A stretch of DNA of 64,000 nucleotides from an uncultured Alphaproteobacteria bacterium (GCA_963825015.1 CAWGRN010000021.1:3295-67294), one strand, 5' to 3'. Positions 8,806 to 21,301 are shown, numbered from the stretch's first letter. The notes: generated by a model from the letters alone, not told the origin. Numbers and translations are program-made.

Positions 8806-10234
8806 CTACAGCACCTTGCCGGGATTCAATATCCCGTTCGGGTCCAGCATCTTCTTCAGCCCGCGCATCAGGTCGAGCGCCACCGGGTCTTTCACCTTCG
8901 CCAGCGACTCGCGCTTGAGCTTGCCGATGCCGTGTTCGGCCGAGATCGAGCCGTTGTGCTTGAGCACGATCTTGTCGACCACCGCGTTGACTTCAGCTCC
9001 AGCGCGCGATGAACGCGGCCTGATCGGCGCCCGCCGGCTGGCTGAGATTGAAATGGATATTGCCGTCGCCGACATGGCCGAACGGCACCGGCCGCGAGCC
9101 GGGGATCAGCTTGCGCACCGCCGCGTCGGCTTCGGCCAGAAACGCCGGCACCGCCGCGATCGGCACCGAGACGTCGTGCTTGATCGAGCCGCCTTCCGGC
9201 TTCTGGCATTCGGTCAGCTCGTGGCGCAGATGCCAGAACGCATTGGTCTGCTCGAGGCTCGCCGCGATGGTGGCGTCGAGCACCAGGCCTTGCTCGATGG
9301 CGTCGGCCAGGAATTGCTCGAGGCTGTCGCGCAGGCCGTCGCTCTGCTGCGACGACACTTCCATCAGCACGTACCAGGGATGTTTGTCCGCCAGCGGATC
9401 GCGCACTTTGCTGCCGTGCTTGACGCACGAATTCGATGATGCCGCGCGACATCAGTTCGAAGCCGGTGACGGTGCCGCCGATCCGCCCCTGCGCGAGATT
9501 GAGCAAATCCACCGCGGCCTGCGGCGACGGCAGGCCGATGAAGGCGGTCTCGACCGCGCGCGGCTTGCGGAAACAGCTTGAGCACAGCCGCGGTGATGAC
9601 GCCGAGCGTGCCTTCGGCGCCGACGAAAATGTGGCGCAGGTCGTAGCCGGTGTTGTCCTTCTTCAGCTTGCGCAGGAGATGCATGACGCGGCCGTCGGCC
9701 AGCACCACCTCGACGCCGACCATCAGTTCGCGCGCGATGCCGTAAGCCACGCGCGCCGGTGCCGCCGGCATTGGTCGACAGATTGCCGCCGATGGTGCAA
9801 CTGCCTTCCGAGCCGAGCGACAGCGGAAACAGCCGGCCGACCGCGGCCGCCGCATCCTGGGCTTTCGACAGGATGACGCCGGCCTCGCAGGTCATGGTGT
9901 TCGACTGCGCATCGACCTCGCGGATCTTGTCGAGCCGCGAGGTCGACAGGATCAATTCGCCGTCGAACGGAATTTGCCCGCCGACCAGCCCGGTATTGCC
10001 GCCCTGCGGCACCACCGCGGTCTTGGTCTCGTTGGCGAGCTTGAGGATCGCCGCCACTTCGTCGACCGAGCCCGGCCGCAGCATCATCGACGTGCGGCCG
10101 TGATACAGCCCGCGGCCTTCGATCAGATGCGGCGCCAGCGCGGCCTCCTCGGTGACGGCGTATTTGTCGCCGACGATCGCGGCAAAGCGCGCCAGGAGGT
10201 CGGGCGAGGGCGCGCGGCGAAGCTGTTCGTTCAT
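8806..10234 (-). CDS. FAD-binding oxidoreductase (D-2-hydroxyacid dehydrogenase/GlcD family), frameshifted
   Basis: [51 protein letters not shown] and [10 protein letters not shown] across several frames. Confidence 0.9.
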
Positions 10235-10240
10235 GGATCT

Positions 10241-11212
10241 CTACTCCTTCCGTGGCGCGGCGGCGCGCGCCAGCCGGTCGTTGATCGCTTCGCCCAGGCC
10301 TTCATGCGGCACGCTCATCACCGCGATCGTCTTGGCGCCGGACGCATCGAGCGCCCGCAAATGCGAAAACAGATTGGCCGCCGCCTCGATCAGATCGGCG
10401 CGCGCCGACAGATTGAAGGTGGTGCCGGCAAATTGCGGCGCCGGTCCGAAGGCGAGCAGCGCCTCGCCGGCGTGCGGCGCCATGGCGTCGAGCCGCAGCC
10501 GCGCCTTCGGCGCGTAATGCGAGGCCAGCATGCCGGGCGCCAATGGCGCCTCGTCGGCAACGACAGCGGCCGCCAGCGCATGGCCGAGCACGCGCTTCGA
10601 TATCGTCGCGGGCAAGCCCGCCGGGCCGCAACAAAGTCGGCTCGCCGATGCACGACACGATGGTGGATTCGACGCCGACGGCGCAGGCGCCGCCGTCGAT
10701 CACCAGGTCGATGCGGCCGCGCAGGTCGGCCAGCACATGGGCGGCGTCGGTCGGCGACACATGGCCGGAACGGTTGGCCGAGGGCGCCACCACCGGCCCG
10801 CCGAAGGCCTGGAGCAGGGCCGCCGCTATCCGGTGCGCCGGAACCCGCACCGCGACGCTGTCGAGCCCGGCCAGCGCCAGATCGGCCACGCCGCAGTCCG
10901 GCCGTTTCGGCAGCACCAGGGTCAGCGGGCCCGGCCAGAACGCCGCCGCCAGCCGCACGGCGGCGTCGTCGAAAATGGCGAGGCGCTGGGCTGCCGCCAA
11001 GTCCGCGACATGGGCGATCAGCGGATTGAAGGCCGGACGGCCCTTGGCGGCGTAAAGCCGGGCGATGGCCTCGCCATTGCCGGCATCGGCGCCGAGCCCA
11101 TAGACGGTCTCGGTCGGGAACGCGACCAGCCCGCCAGCCTTGAGGCAGGCGGCGGCGGCCTCGATCGAGGTTTATCGGCCTTTACGACCCGCGTAGCCGG
11201 CTCGGCGCTCAT
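10241..11212 (-). CDS. tsaC: L-threonylcarbamoyladenylate synthase (Sua5/TsaC), frameshifted
   Basis: VAFPTETVYGLGADA, FWPGPLTLV, APSANRSG, VGVESTI, PGMLASHYAP, AINDRLARAA. Confidence 0.92.
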
Positions 11213-11278
11213 TTGTCTCTCAAGTGTCTCTCAAGCTTGCAGCTTTAAGCGAGCAGGGGTTATAAGGCCGCCGACAGT

Positions 11279-11355
11279 CGGAGTGTAGCGCAGTCTGGTA
11301 GCGCACCTCGTTCGGGACGAGGGGGTCGCAGGTTCAAATCCTGCCACTCCGACCA
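11279..11355 (+). tRNA. tRNA-Pro (anticodon CGG)
   Basis: CGGAGTG/CACTCCG acceptor stem, anticodon arm CCTCG-TTCGGGA-CGAGG, GGTTCAAATCC T-arm, encoded CCA. Confidence 0.97.
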
Positions 11356-11564
11356 TTAAACCCGATATTTGCGCCCAATAGCCAAGCCGGGGCCATCGCC
11401 CAGGCGCCGCCCGCCGATGCCCCCAAAGGTGGCAGCCGGCGCTCGCGCACCCTTGTGCGAGACGGGTTACGCCGCGTACCCTCAGGGCTGGGAAACAAAT
11501 CGCCATCCAAGGCGACAACAAATGCCTGCGCGGCTTAAGCGACGGGCCCATGGGAGGAAGCGTT

Positions 11565-12515
11565 ATGACATCATCGATCAAGACGTTTGGCTTGGGTTTG
11601 GGACTAGCTCTGGCGATCGCCGCTCCGGCCGCGGCCGCCGAAATGAAAATGATGACCGGCCCGCAAGGCGGGTCGTGGATCCCGCTCGGCGGCCAGTTGA
11701 AGGACATGTGGGAGAAGGCGATCCCCGGTCTCGCCGTGCAGGTCATGCCGGGCGCCGGCATCGCCAATGCGCGCGGCGTTGACGAAGGCAAAGCCGATGT
11801 CGGCTTCGGCAATTCGATCTCGACGGTCGATGGCGTCAGCGGCAAACCGCCGTTTACCAAACCGGCGACCAATATCTGCAACCTCGCCACGCTCTATCCG
11901 CAGTATTACCAGTTCATCGTCAACGCCGATTCCGGCGTCAACAAGTTCGAGGATCTCAAGGGTAAGGCGATCACCACGCAGCAGCGCGGTAACACCGGTG
12001 AGTTGATCACCCGGCAGATTCTCGGCGTGCATGGGCTGAAATACGACGACGTCAAGGTCAGCTTCGTCGGTTATTCCGACTCGGTGAACCAGATGAAGGA
12101 CGGCCACGCCGTCGCCTTCGCGCTCGGCACCCAGATTCCGGCCGGCGCCGTGATGGACCTCGCGGCCGCGCGCGACATCCGGCTGATCGATCAGGCGAGC
12201 AGCATCGACGGCATGAAGAAGCTCAATCCCGGCTACACGCTCAACAACATTCCGAAGGGCACCTATCCGAAGCAGGACAAGGACGTGAAGGTGATCGGCT
12301 ATGCCACCCACGTCTTCGTGTCGTGCAAGCTGCCGGCGGATGAAGTCTACACCATGGTCAAGACGCTGGCCGCCAACACCAAGACGCTGGCGACGGTCGC
12401 CAAGGACATCGCGACGCTTACCCCCAAGGGCATGGCGGAGGATATCGGGGTGCCGTTCCATCCCGGCGCCGTCAAGTACTACAAGGAAGCGGGCATTACC
12501 GTGCAGTCGCACTGA
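11565..12515 (+). CDS. TAXI-family TRAP transporter solute-binding protein
   Basis: Signal peptide, TGPQGGSWIPLG, NLATLYPQY, GVPFHPGAVKYYKE. Confidence 0.92.
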   Translation: MTSSIKTFGLGLGLALAIAAPAAAAEMKMMTGPQGGSWIPLGGQLKDMWEKAIPGLAVQVMPGAGIANARGVDEGKADVGFGNSISTVDGVSGKPPFTKPATNICNLATLYPQYYQFIVNADSGVNKFEDLKGKAITTQQRGNTGELITRQILGVHGLKYDDVKVSFVGYSDSVNQMKDGHAVAFALGTQIPAGAVMDLAAARDIRLIDQASSIDGMKKLNPGYTLNNIPKGTYPKQDKDVKVIGYATHVFVSCKLPADEVYTMVKTLAANTKTLATVAKDIATLTPKGMAEDIGVPFHPGAVKYYKEAGITVQSH

Positions 12516-12523
12516 TCGTTCGC

Positions 12524-12555
12524 CGCCGGCGGGGCCGTCAAGGCTTCCGCCGGCG
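12524..12555 (+). other. Intra-operon stem-loop between the binding-protein and permease genes
   Basis: Inverted repeat CGCCGGCGG...CCGCCGGCG. Confidence 0.55.
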
Positions 12556-12597
12556 CGCCGGTCGCGTTCAACCTTTTGACACGGCAGATGTGATGTC

Positions 12598-14476
12598 ATG
12601 ACCAGCAGGCTCGATACCGGCTACGGCAACATTGTCCGGCTCGCCACCACGGCGATCGCCGTCATGATGGTGATCTATCACGTCTGGGCCATCGCCTTCG
12701 GCACGCCCGAGGCGGTGTGGTTCCGCGGCACGCATCTGCTGTTCGCGCTGGTCTTGGTTTTCATCATCCACCGCCGCAGCGGCGCGCCGGAAGGTCTGCC
12801 GAACGGGATCGACTGGGTGCTGCTGGTGCTGGCGGTGACGCCGATTCTCTATCTGTTCGCCAACTACGACTACGTCGTCAATCGCATCTTCTACGTCGAC
12901 GACCTGACCACCGCCGACATGATCATGGGCGTGGTGATGACCGTGATGGTGCTGGAGGCGACCCGCCGCGTCATCGGCTGGGCGCTGCCGATCACCGCCA
13001 TCGTGTTCCTGTTCTACGGGCTGTTTATCGCGCGGCTCGAGCCGATGCGCATGCTCGACCAGCTTTACATGACGACCGAAGGCATCTTCGGCATCCCGCT
13101 GTCGGTGTCGGCGTCCTATGTGCTGATCTTCGTGTCTGTTCGGCTCCTTCATGGAGCGCACCGGCACCGGACAATTGTTCATGGACTTCGCCATGAGCCT
13201 GACCGGCCATACCGCCGGCGGCCCCGGCAAGGTGTCCTGTGTGTCCTCGGCGCTGTTCGGCACCATCTCGGGCAGCGCGGTCGCCAATGTCATGGTCGAC
13301 GGGCCGATCACCATTCCGCTGATGAAGCGCTCGGGGTTTCCGCCGCATTTCGCCGCCGGCGTCGAGGCGGTGGCCTCGACCGGCGGACAGATCATGCCGC
13401 CGATCATGGGCGCTGCCGCCTTCGTGATGGCCGAATTCATCGGCGTGTCCTACGGGCAGGTGGTGATCTGGGCGTTGATCCCGGCGGTGCTGTATTACGT
13501 CGCCTGTTTCTCGGCTGTGCATTTCGAGGCCAAGCGCCGCGGCATTGTCGGCGTGCCGCGCAGCGAATTGCCCAAATTGGGCGCGGTGATGCGCGAGCGC
13601 GGCCATATGTTCGGCCCGGTGCTGGCGATCCTGGTGTTCATGTATTCCGGCTTTTCCGCGCCGATGGCGGCGCTGGCCGGCGTGGTCGCCTGCTTTCCGG
13701 TGGCGCTGCTGCGCAAATCGACCCGGCACTACGTCACGCTGCCTAACCTGATCGAGGCCTGCGTCGACGGCGCCCGCAACGCGCTGCCGGTGGCGATGGC
13801 CTGCGCCTGCGCCGGCGTGGTGATCGCGGTGGTGACCTTGTCCGGCCTCGGCATCGTGTTCACGCAATATGTCGTGCATCTGTCGCAGAACTATCTGCTG
13901 CTGGCGCTGCTGTTCACCATGATCGCGGGCATCGTGCTCGGCATGGGCATGCCGACAACGCCGGCCTACATCATCATGACCGCGCTGCTGGTGCCGGCGA
14001 TCGTCAAGTTCGGCGTCATCATCCCGGCCGCCCATATGTTCGCGTTCTATTTCGCCATCCTGTCGGCGATCACGCCGCCGGTGGCGCTGGCGGTGTTCGC
14101 CGCCGCGGGGCTGGCGAAATCCGATCTGTGGGCGACCGGTCTTGCCGCGGTGCGCATTGCCGCAACCGCGTTCATCATCCCGTTCATGTTCGTCTATGAG
14201 CCGGCGCTGCTGATGATCGGCGACTGGCCGACCATCATCATGGCGAGCATTTCGGCCACCATCGGCGTCATGCTGTTTGCCGCCGGTCTTCATGGCTACT
14301 TCATCACGCATTCCACCTACTGGCAGAGTGCGCTGCTGGTGGTCGCCGGTCTGCTGCTGATCGATCCGCATTTCTCGACCGACGTGATCGGTGCTATCCT
14401 GGCCGGCGTCGTCGTTGCGGTCCAGTTGGCCGCCAAGCGGGCGGCTGAATCCAAGGCCGAGATCGCGGCGGAATGA
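12598..14476 (+). CDS. TRAP transporter fused 4TM/12TM permease (frameshift near 13135)
   Basis: EGIFGIPL, GGPGKV, GTISGSAVANV, EAVASTGGQIMPPIMGAAAF, GMGMPTTPAY, ITPPVALA. Confidence 0.93.
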
Positions 14477-16203
14477 CCAAGCGTAAACGTCCCGAAGACC
14501 TGCGCAGCCATCGCTGGCTCGGCGAAGACGACCTGCGCTCGTTCGGCCACCGCGCCCGGTTCCGGCAGGGCGGCTTCGACGCGCCGGACTGGGTCGGCAA
14601 GCCGGTGATCGGCATCATCAACACCTGGAGCGACCTCAATTTCTGCCACACTCATCTGCGGGCGCGCGCCGAGGACGTGAAGCGCGGCGTGTGGCAGGCC
14701 GGCGGCTTTCCGGTCGAACTGCCGGCGATGTCGCTGTCGGAGCCCTTCGTCAAACCGTCGACCATGCTCTACCGCAACCTGCTGGCGATGGAGACCGAGG
14801 AACTGCTGCGCAGTCATCCGATCGACGGCGCCGTGCTGATCGGCGGCTGCGACAAGACCACGCCCGGCCTGCTGATGGGCGCGATCAGCATGGGCGTGCC
14901 GGCGATCTACGTGCCGGCCGGTCCGCAGCTCCGCGGCAACTGGCATGGCCAGACGCTCGGCTCCGGCTCGGATGCCTGGAAATACTGGGACGAGAAGCGC
15001 GCCGGCACGATCACCAAGGCGCAGTGGGACGAGATCGAAGGCGGCATCGCCCGCTCGTTCGGCACCTGCATGGTCATGGGCACCGCGGCGACCATGATGG
15101 CGATCACCGAGGCGCTCGGTCTGCACGCTGCCGGGCGCGTCGTCGATCCCCGCCGCCGACGCCGCGCATCCGCGCATGTGCGGCGAATTCCGGCCGCCGC
15201 ATCGTCGACATGGTGTGGGAGGATCTGACGCCGCAGCGCATCCTGACGCACGGCCGCGTTCGACAACGCCATCCGCGTGCACATGGCGATGGGCGGCTCG
15301 ACCAACGCGATCATCCACGTGGTGGCGATGGCGCGCCGCGCCGGCCTTTCGCTCGACATGAACCGCTTCGACGAGATCTCGCGCGAGATTCCGGTGCTGG
15401 CCAATGTGCGGCCGTCGGGCGGCTACCTGATGGAAGATTTCTTCTACGCCGGCGGCTTGCGCGCGCTGATGGCCGAGCTGAAAGACACGCTCGATCTGTC
15501 CTGCGCCACCGTCACCGGCAAGACCATCGGCGAAAATATCGCCGGCGCCGAAGTCTACAACCGCGACGTCATCCATCCGTTCAACGATCCGGTCTCGACC
15601 GAAGGCGCCACCGCCGTGCTCACCGGCAATCTGGCGCCGCGCGGCTGCGTGATGAAACCGTCGGCGGCGGAAAAGCGTCTGCTCAAGCACCGCGGCCCGG
15701 TCATCGCCTTCGAGGACTACAACCACATGGCGCGCGAGGTCGAGCGCGACGATCTCGACGTTACCGCCGACCATATTCTGGTGCTCAAGAACGGCGGGCC
15801 CAAGGGCGGCCCCGGCATGCCGGAATGGGGCATGCTGCCGATCCCGAAAAAACTGGTGAAGCAGGGCGTGCGCGACATGCTGCGCATTTCCGACGCGCGC
15901 ATGAGCGGCACCAGCTACGGCGCCTGCATTCTGCATGTCGCGCCGGAGAGCTTCGTCGGCGGTCCGTTGGCTTTCGTGCAGACCGGCGACGAGATCGAAG
16001 TCGACGTCGACGCGCGCCGCATTCATCTGCATGTGTCGGATGAGGAACTCGCCCGCCGCCGCGCCGCCTGGAAACAGCCGGCGCCGTATTATCCGCGCGG
16101 CTACGGCGCGCTCTATTCGGCGCATATCGGCCAGGCCGACGAAGGCTGCGATTTCGATTTCCTGGCGCCGCTTGGGCCGATTCCGGAACCGGAAATCCAT
16201 TAA
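14473..16203 (+). CDS. IlvD/Edd-family dehydratase (sugar-acid, L-arabinonate dehydratase-like), frameshifted at about 15125-15255
   Basis: NTWSDLNFCH, GGCDKTTPG, GTCMVMGTA, GGSTNA, GPKGGPGMPE, SDARMSGTSYG. Confidence 0.9.
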
Positions 16204-16347
16204 CGCGGTATCCAGAAACCGCGCGCTGCAATTCGAAACAACGCGAAATCATTTTGTTCACTATCTTGGGCAAGAGCGCGCATCCGTAAGGTAAAACGTC
16301 ATCATCTGGAGGCGCACTATCCCCTTCGATAGAAGGGAAGTGTGCCC

Positions 16348-17183
16348 ATGCGTGCGCCATTTTTGAAACTGGCATTTTCCGCGTTGCTCGCTATTCCGCT
16401 GTTGGCGGGTCACGGCGCTGCTCGCCGCGACCGCTGCGCCTCGGCCGGGACCGGCGGCATCATCGAAGCGATGAAGCAAATCGGCTCCGAAATTCACCGC
16501 CGCGACCGGCGTCAAGTTGCAAGTCATCGTCGGCCTCGGCAGCAGCGGCGCGATGCGCGCGCTTGCGCGACGGCAAGCTCGACGTCGTCGTCTCCGGCCG
16601 CGCCGCTCAATCCGGACGGAAGCGAAGGGCCGCTGGTCTGGCATCCGCTTTGCGCGAACGCCGTTGGTCTTCGTCACGTCGCATCCGAAGCCCAATGGAT
16701 TGAAGACCAGCGATCTCGCTGCAATCTTCGCGGCGGACAAGTCCGACATGGCACGACGGCACCCCGCTCAAGATCATTCTGCGCACCAAGAGTCGACACG
16801 GACACGGCGCTGATCGAGCGGACTATTCCCCGGCATGGGCAAGCGATCGAAGCGTGCGCGGCAGCGGCCCGATGTTCCGGTCGCGGCGACCGATCAGGAC
16901 AACGTCAATCTGGCTCAACGCCTGGCGCGGATCGTTCAGCCTGGCCGGCTACGGCCAGATCAACGCCGAGAAATCGCGACCTGCGCATGATGCCGCTCGA
17001 TGGCGTCGAGCCGACATCTCGACACCCTGGAAAACGGGACCTATCGCGTACGAAAAGAAATTCTATCTCGTGTTCGCGCGGGATCGAAACGCCGGCGCCG
17101 AGCAGTTCCTGCAAATTCCTGCGCTCGGCCGAAGGCCGTCAAGGCTCTGCTGGCGGCCGGCAACCTTGCCGGCTGGCGAGTAG
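16348..17183 (+). CDS. Periplasmic substrate-binding protein (PstS/PBP-like), many frameshifts
   Basis: Signal peptide; reconstructed segments GTGG, GLGSSGAMRAL, FARTPLVFVTSH, VPVAATDQDN, LDGVEPT, LENGTY. Confidence 0.7.
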
Positions 17184-19435
17184 GTGGCGACGCCCGATGT
17201 GGACCGCTACGCACCCTCGTCGCCGCGATCGGCCTGGTCGTGATCGCTGACGATCGTTCGTCGATTCCCTGCGGCTATTTCTATGTCGAGCTATGCGAAC
17301 TCATCGCACGAGCTGACTTTCAAGTCGCGAGCTGGCCGCCGCGCGCGTCGCCAAATACGTCTATATGCACCACGACACCTGTGGCAGTATCAGGCGCTGC
17401 GCATCGCCGAATTGATCGAACTTGCCGAGGCGGACGGCAAGACCTATTGCGCTGAGAGTCCACGACGAGGCCGGCGCCGTTGTCGCCGAGTGCAGGGCCG
17501 GCGTTGCGCACGCCGGTCATGGTTCGCAGCCATCCGATCGTCGTTTCCGGCGCCGTTATCGGCCGGGTCGAGGCCGCGACGCAGCCTGCGATCCGCTGTT
17601 GTGGCGAAACCGGCCTTGTCGCGCTGCTCAGCGTCATTGTTCGGCATCGCCGTCTATTTCGCCGTGCGCGTCTTTCCGCTGCAAGGTGCTCGATCGCACT
17701 CTGGGGGCGCTGGAGGCTGCCAAAGCGACGATCGAGGACAGAAACAAGCAGTTGGCGGCGCAGAACGAACGCTTCGACGCCGCGCTGACAAACATGTCGC
17801 AAGGCCTTTGCATGTTCGATGCGAACGGAAAACTTGTCATATTTAATCGGCGCGTTGCCGAAATTTACGGCCTGCCGATTGAAATGATCAAGCCAGGCAT
17901 GACGACGCCTGAGTTGATGGCAGTCGCGTTCGGCCAAGGCAGTAGTCGCGGATGTGGACCCCGAAGGCACGCTTGCGCTGCGGGAGGTTATTGCTCGCGA
18001 GCGCAAAGCGGGCTCGATGATCGAACGACTGACCGACGGCCGCAGCATCACACTTTCATTTCAGCCCATGCCGACCGGAGGCTTCGTCGTCACATTCGAG
18101 GACATCACCGAACGCCTTCTCGCCGAGGAAAAGATCAGGCACTTGGCGCATTTCGATGCGCTCACCGACCTGCCGAACCGGGTGAGTTTCTATGAACGAA
18201 TGGAAGTGGTCCTGAGCCATTTGCGACGTTCCGAAACCATCGCAGTTCTGAGTCTCGACCTCGACCACTTCAAGAGCGTCAACGATACGCTCGGCCATCC
18301 CATCGGGGATCTGTTGCTGAAAGCAGCGGCCGAGCGCATGCGCAGTTGCGTTCGCGGCGAAGACATCGTGGCCCGATTGGGCGGGGACGAATTTGCCATC
18401 CTGCAGGTCCCGTCTGAAGAGCCGCGGGATGTCACCGCGCTGGCTCAGCGTCTCATCGAGGTTGTTGGGGCGCCCTATGATCTCGACGGCCATCAGGTGG
18501 TCGTGGGCGCCAGTGTCGGTATCGCAATCGCGCCGAACGACAGCGAGGTGCCGGACGTCCTCATGAAGAACGCCGATCTGGCGCTTTACCGCGCCAAAGC
18601 CGACGGCGGGGGTGTCTATCGCTTTTTCGAAGTCGCAATGGACGCCCGCATGCAAGCGCGCCGCGCCCTCGAACTCGATCTTCGCAAAGCGGTCGTGAAT
18701 GGCGAGTTCGAGCTTTACTATCAGCCGATCATCGACGTCAAAACCGGACAGATTACCAGCTGCGAGGCTCTCATCCGCTGGCATCATCCCGAACGCGGCA
18801 TGATTCCGCCGCTCGAGTTCATTCCGGTCGCGGAAGAAACCGGTCTCATCGTGCCGATAGGAGAATGGGTACTGCGGCAGGCCTGTGCCGAGGCGGCGCG
18901 CTGGCCCAAGCACGTGACCATCGCGGTGAACCTCTCGCCGGCGCAGTTCAAGAGCCGGAACTTGGTGCCGACCGTGATCAGCGCGCTGGCGACATCCGGT
19001 CTTCCGGCCGCCCGTCTGGAGTTGGAGATCACCGAACTGGTGCTGTTGCAGGATAACGAGGGCGCTTTCGCCATTCTTCATCAACTCCGCCATCTCGGCA
19101 TCAAGATCGCGATGGATGATTTTGGCACCGGCTATTCGTCGCTCGGCTATCTTCGCAGCTTCCCGTTCGACAAGATCAAAATCGACCAATCCTTCATCCG
19201 CGATTTGCCGGAGAAACTGGACAGCGTCGCGATCGTGCGCGCCGTGGTCGGGTTGAGCAGCAGCCTTGGCATCACCACCACCGCCGAAGGCGTGGAGACC
19301 AAGGAGCAGCTCGCCAGCCTGACGGCGGAGGGTTGCACCGAATTCCAGGGCTTCCTCTACAGCCGGCCGCAACCGGCAGCCGACATGCAGCGCATGCTCG
19401 CTCTGCGGGGGCCGAAAGCCGAAGCCGTCGCCTGA
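17184..19435 (+). CDS. Membrane-anchored 2TM-PAS-GGDEF-EAL diguanylate cyclase/phosphodiesterase (5' part frameshifted)
   Basis: Two hydrophobic segments; PAS (FDAALTNMSQGLCMFD); RGEDIVARLGGDEF; CEALIRW; DDFGTGYSSL; EGVE. Confidence 0.88.
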
Positions 19436-19534
19436 ACGGTCACGCGGTAAAATTGCCGTAGTGCCGCGCGCCGTGCGCGGGTATAAGGCGCGGGCCCAAC
19501 AACCCGCCCACGTGAACTCGCCGAAGCGCACTAA

Positions 19535-20452
19535 ATGGCCGACGACATTCCCTTCGACAAGAATCTCGATCTCGCGCCCGACACGGTCGACGAGGTGATG
19601 CCCGGCGTGCGGCGGGTGATGGCCGACAATCCGAGCCCGTTCACCTTCAAGGGCACGATGAGCTACATCGTCGGCCGCGGCAAAGTCGCCATCGTCGATC
19701 CGGGTCCGGCCGACGAGCGCCATATCGGCGCTTTGCTCGATGCCGTGCGCAACGAGACCGTGACGCACATCTTCGTCACCCACACCCATCGCGATCATTC
19801 GCCGGCGGTGCCGGCGATCAAGCATGCGACCGGCGCCACCGTCTATGCCGAAGGCCCGCACCGCGCCGCGCGGCCTTTGCATATCGGCGAGCACAATCCG
19901 CTCGAGGGCTCCGGCGACCGCGACTTCAAGCCCGACGTGATGCTCAAGGACGGCGAGGTCGTCACCGGCGACGGCTGGACGATCGAAGCCGTCACCACGC
20001 CGGGCCACACCGCCAACCACATGGCCTACGCGTTCAAGGAAAACAACGTGCTGTTCGCCGGCGACCACGTGATGGCCTGGGCGACCTCGATCGTGGCGCC
20101 GCCGGACGGCGCCATGAGCGACTACATGGCCTCGCTGCACAAGCTCGCCAAGCGCCCCGAGCCAATCTATTTCCCCGGCCACGGCCCGGCGATCGGCGAT
20201 GCCTCGCGTTTCGTGAACTACTACATCCTGCATCGCATCGCGCGCGAGGACTCGATCCTGCACCGGCTGGCCAAGGGCGCGACCGACATCCCGACCATCG
20301 TGCGCGCGATCTATATCGGCATCGACCCGCGGCTGACCGGGGCCGCCGGCCTGTCGGTGCTGGCGCATATGGAAGATCTGGTGGCGCGCGGCCTGGTCGA
20401 GACCGACACCGCCGCGCCGGCGATCGACGGGGTCTACCGGCTGGCGGGCTGA
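19535..20452 (+). CDS. MBL-fold metallo-hydrolase with C-terminal winged-helix-like domain
   Basis: THTHRDHS, TPGHTANH, FAGDHVM, FPGHG. Confidence 0.92.
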   Translation: MADDIPFDKNLDLAPDTVDEVMPGVRRVMADNPSPFTFKGTMSYIVGRGKVAIVDPGPADERHIGALLDAVRNETVTHIFVTHTHRDHSPAVPAIKHATGATVYAEGPHRAARPLHIGEHNPLEGSGDRDFKPDVMLKDGEVVTGDGWTIEAVTTPGHTANHMAYAFKENNVLFAGDHVMAWATSIVAPPDGAMSDYMASLHKLAKRPEPIYFPGHGPAIGDASRFVNYYILHRIAREDSILHRLAKGATDIPTIVRAIYIGIDPRLTGAAGLSVLAHMEDLVARGLVETDTAAPAIDGVYRLAG

Positions 20453-20455
20453 TCG

Positions 20456-21299
20456 CTACCGCTTCGGCGCGGCCGGACGCTTGGGCGCCGGCGGAGCCTT
20501 CTTGTCCGGCTCGGGGCGCGGTTCCGGCGCATTGCTGATGGCGTCGTCGATATCCTCAAGCAATGACCGCACGCGCGCGGCATTGGCGCCGAAATCGTGC
20601 AGGCCGTAGCGCGAGGCCGATCGCACATCGACGCGCGCGCCGTCCGCCAGCGGGCTGACGCGGATCACGATGTCGTCGCGGAAGCCCATGATCATGGTGC
20701 GCGCGACCGCCTCGATGACGCCGTCGCGGCGGCCCGGCGCCGGCGGGCGCTGGTCGACGATGAGCCATTTGCGCTTGGTGACCAGCGCCAGCGCCATGTC
20801 GTAAGCGGCGCGCGGCATCAGACTGACCTGCAGCGGCGTAATGTCGGGATAGGCCGCGCGCTGCAGTTCGGCGGTCTTGCCGCCGGGATAGGCGGTGGTT
20901 CCGCGCGGCCGCAGGCGCGCCAGCACGTCGAAGCGCGGCGGGTTGCCCGGATCGGTGGTGACATCGTTGATCGCCGGCAGCGTCATGGCGCGATAGCCGA
21001 GATAGCCCGGATAGGCCAGCAACAGCAGGCCGAGAAACAGGCCCTGGATCGCCCGCCCCAGTCCGGCCAGGCCTTGCCGCCAGATCGTGACGAACGACGC
21101 GAACGCCAGCAGGATCGCGAGCCCGGCGAAAACCAATGCGGCGGCGAACGTCGTCAGCGCCGGCACGATCTCCAGCAGGCCGGATCGCAGGATGATGACC
21201 GAAAGCACCGCGACCGCGATGCCGAACCAGGCGAAGCGCCCGGACCAAACGGCCAGTCGCGACATCGGTTCATCGTCGAAGCTGCGGTCGTCGCAGCAT
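20456..21299 (-). CDS. DUF1499-domain membrane protein (start region carries an indel)
   Basis: Three TM segments then PAINDVTTD, QRAAYPDI, MGFRDD, VDVRSASRYGLHDFGANAARV. Confidence 0.85.
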
Positions 21300-21301
21300 G
21301 T

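Noticed and set aside
11356-19534. Intact integrative element at tRNA-Pro
   Set aside because: No integrase and no duplicated tRNA 3' end found; only accessory-looking gene content.
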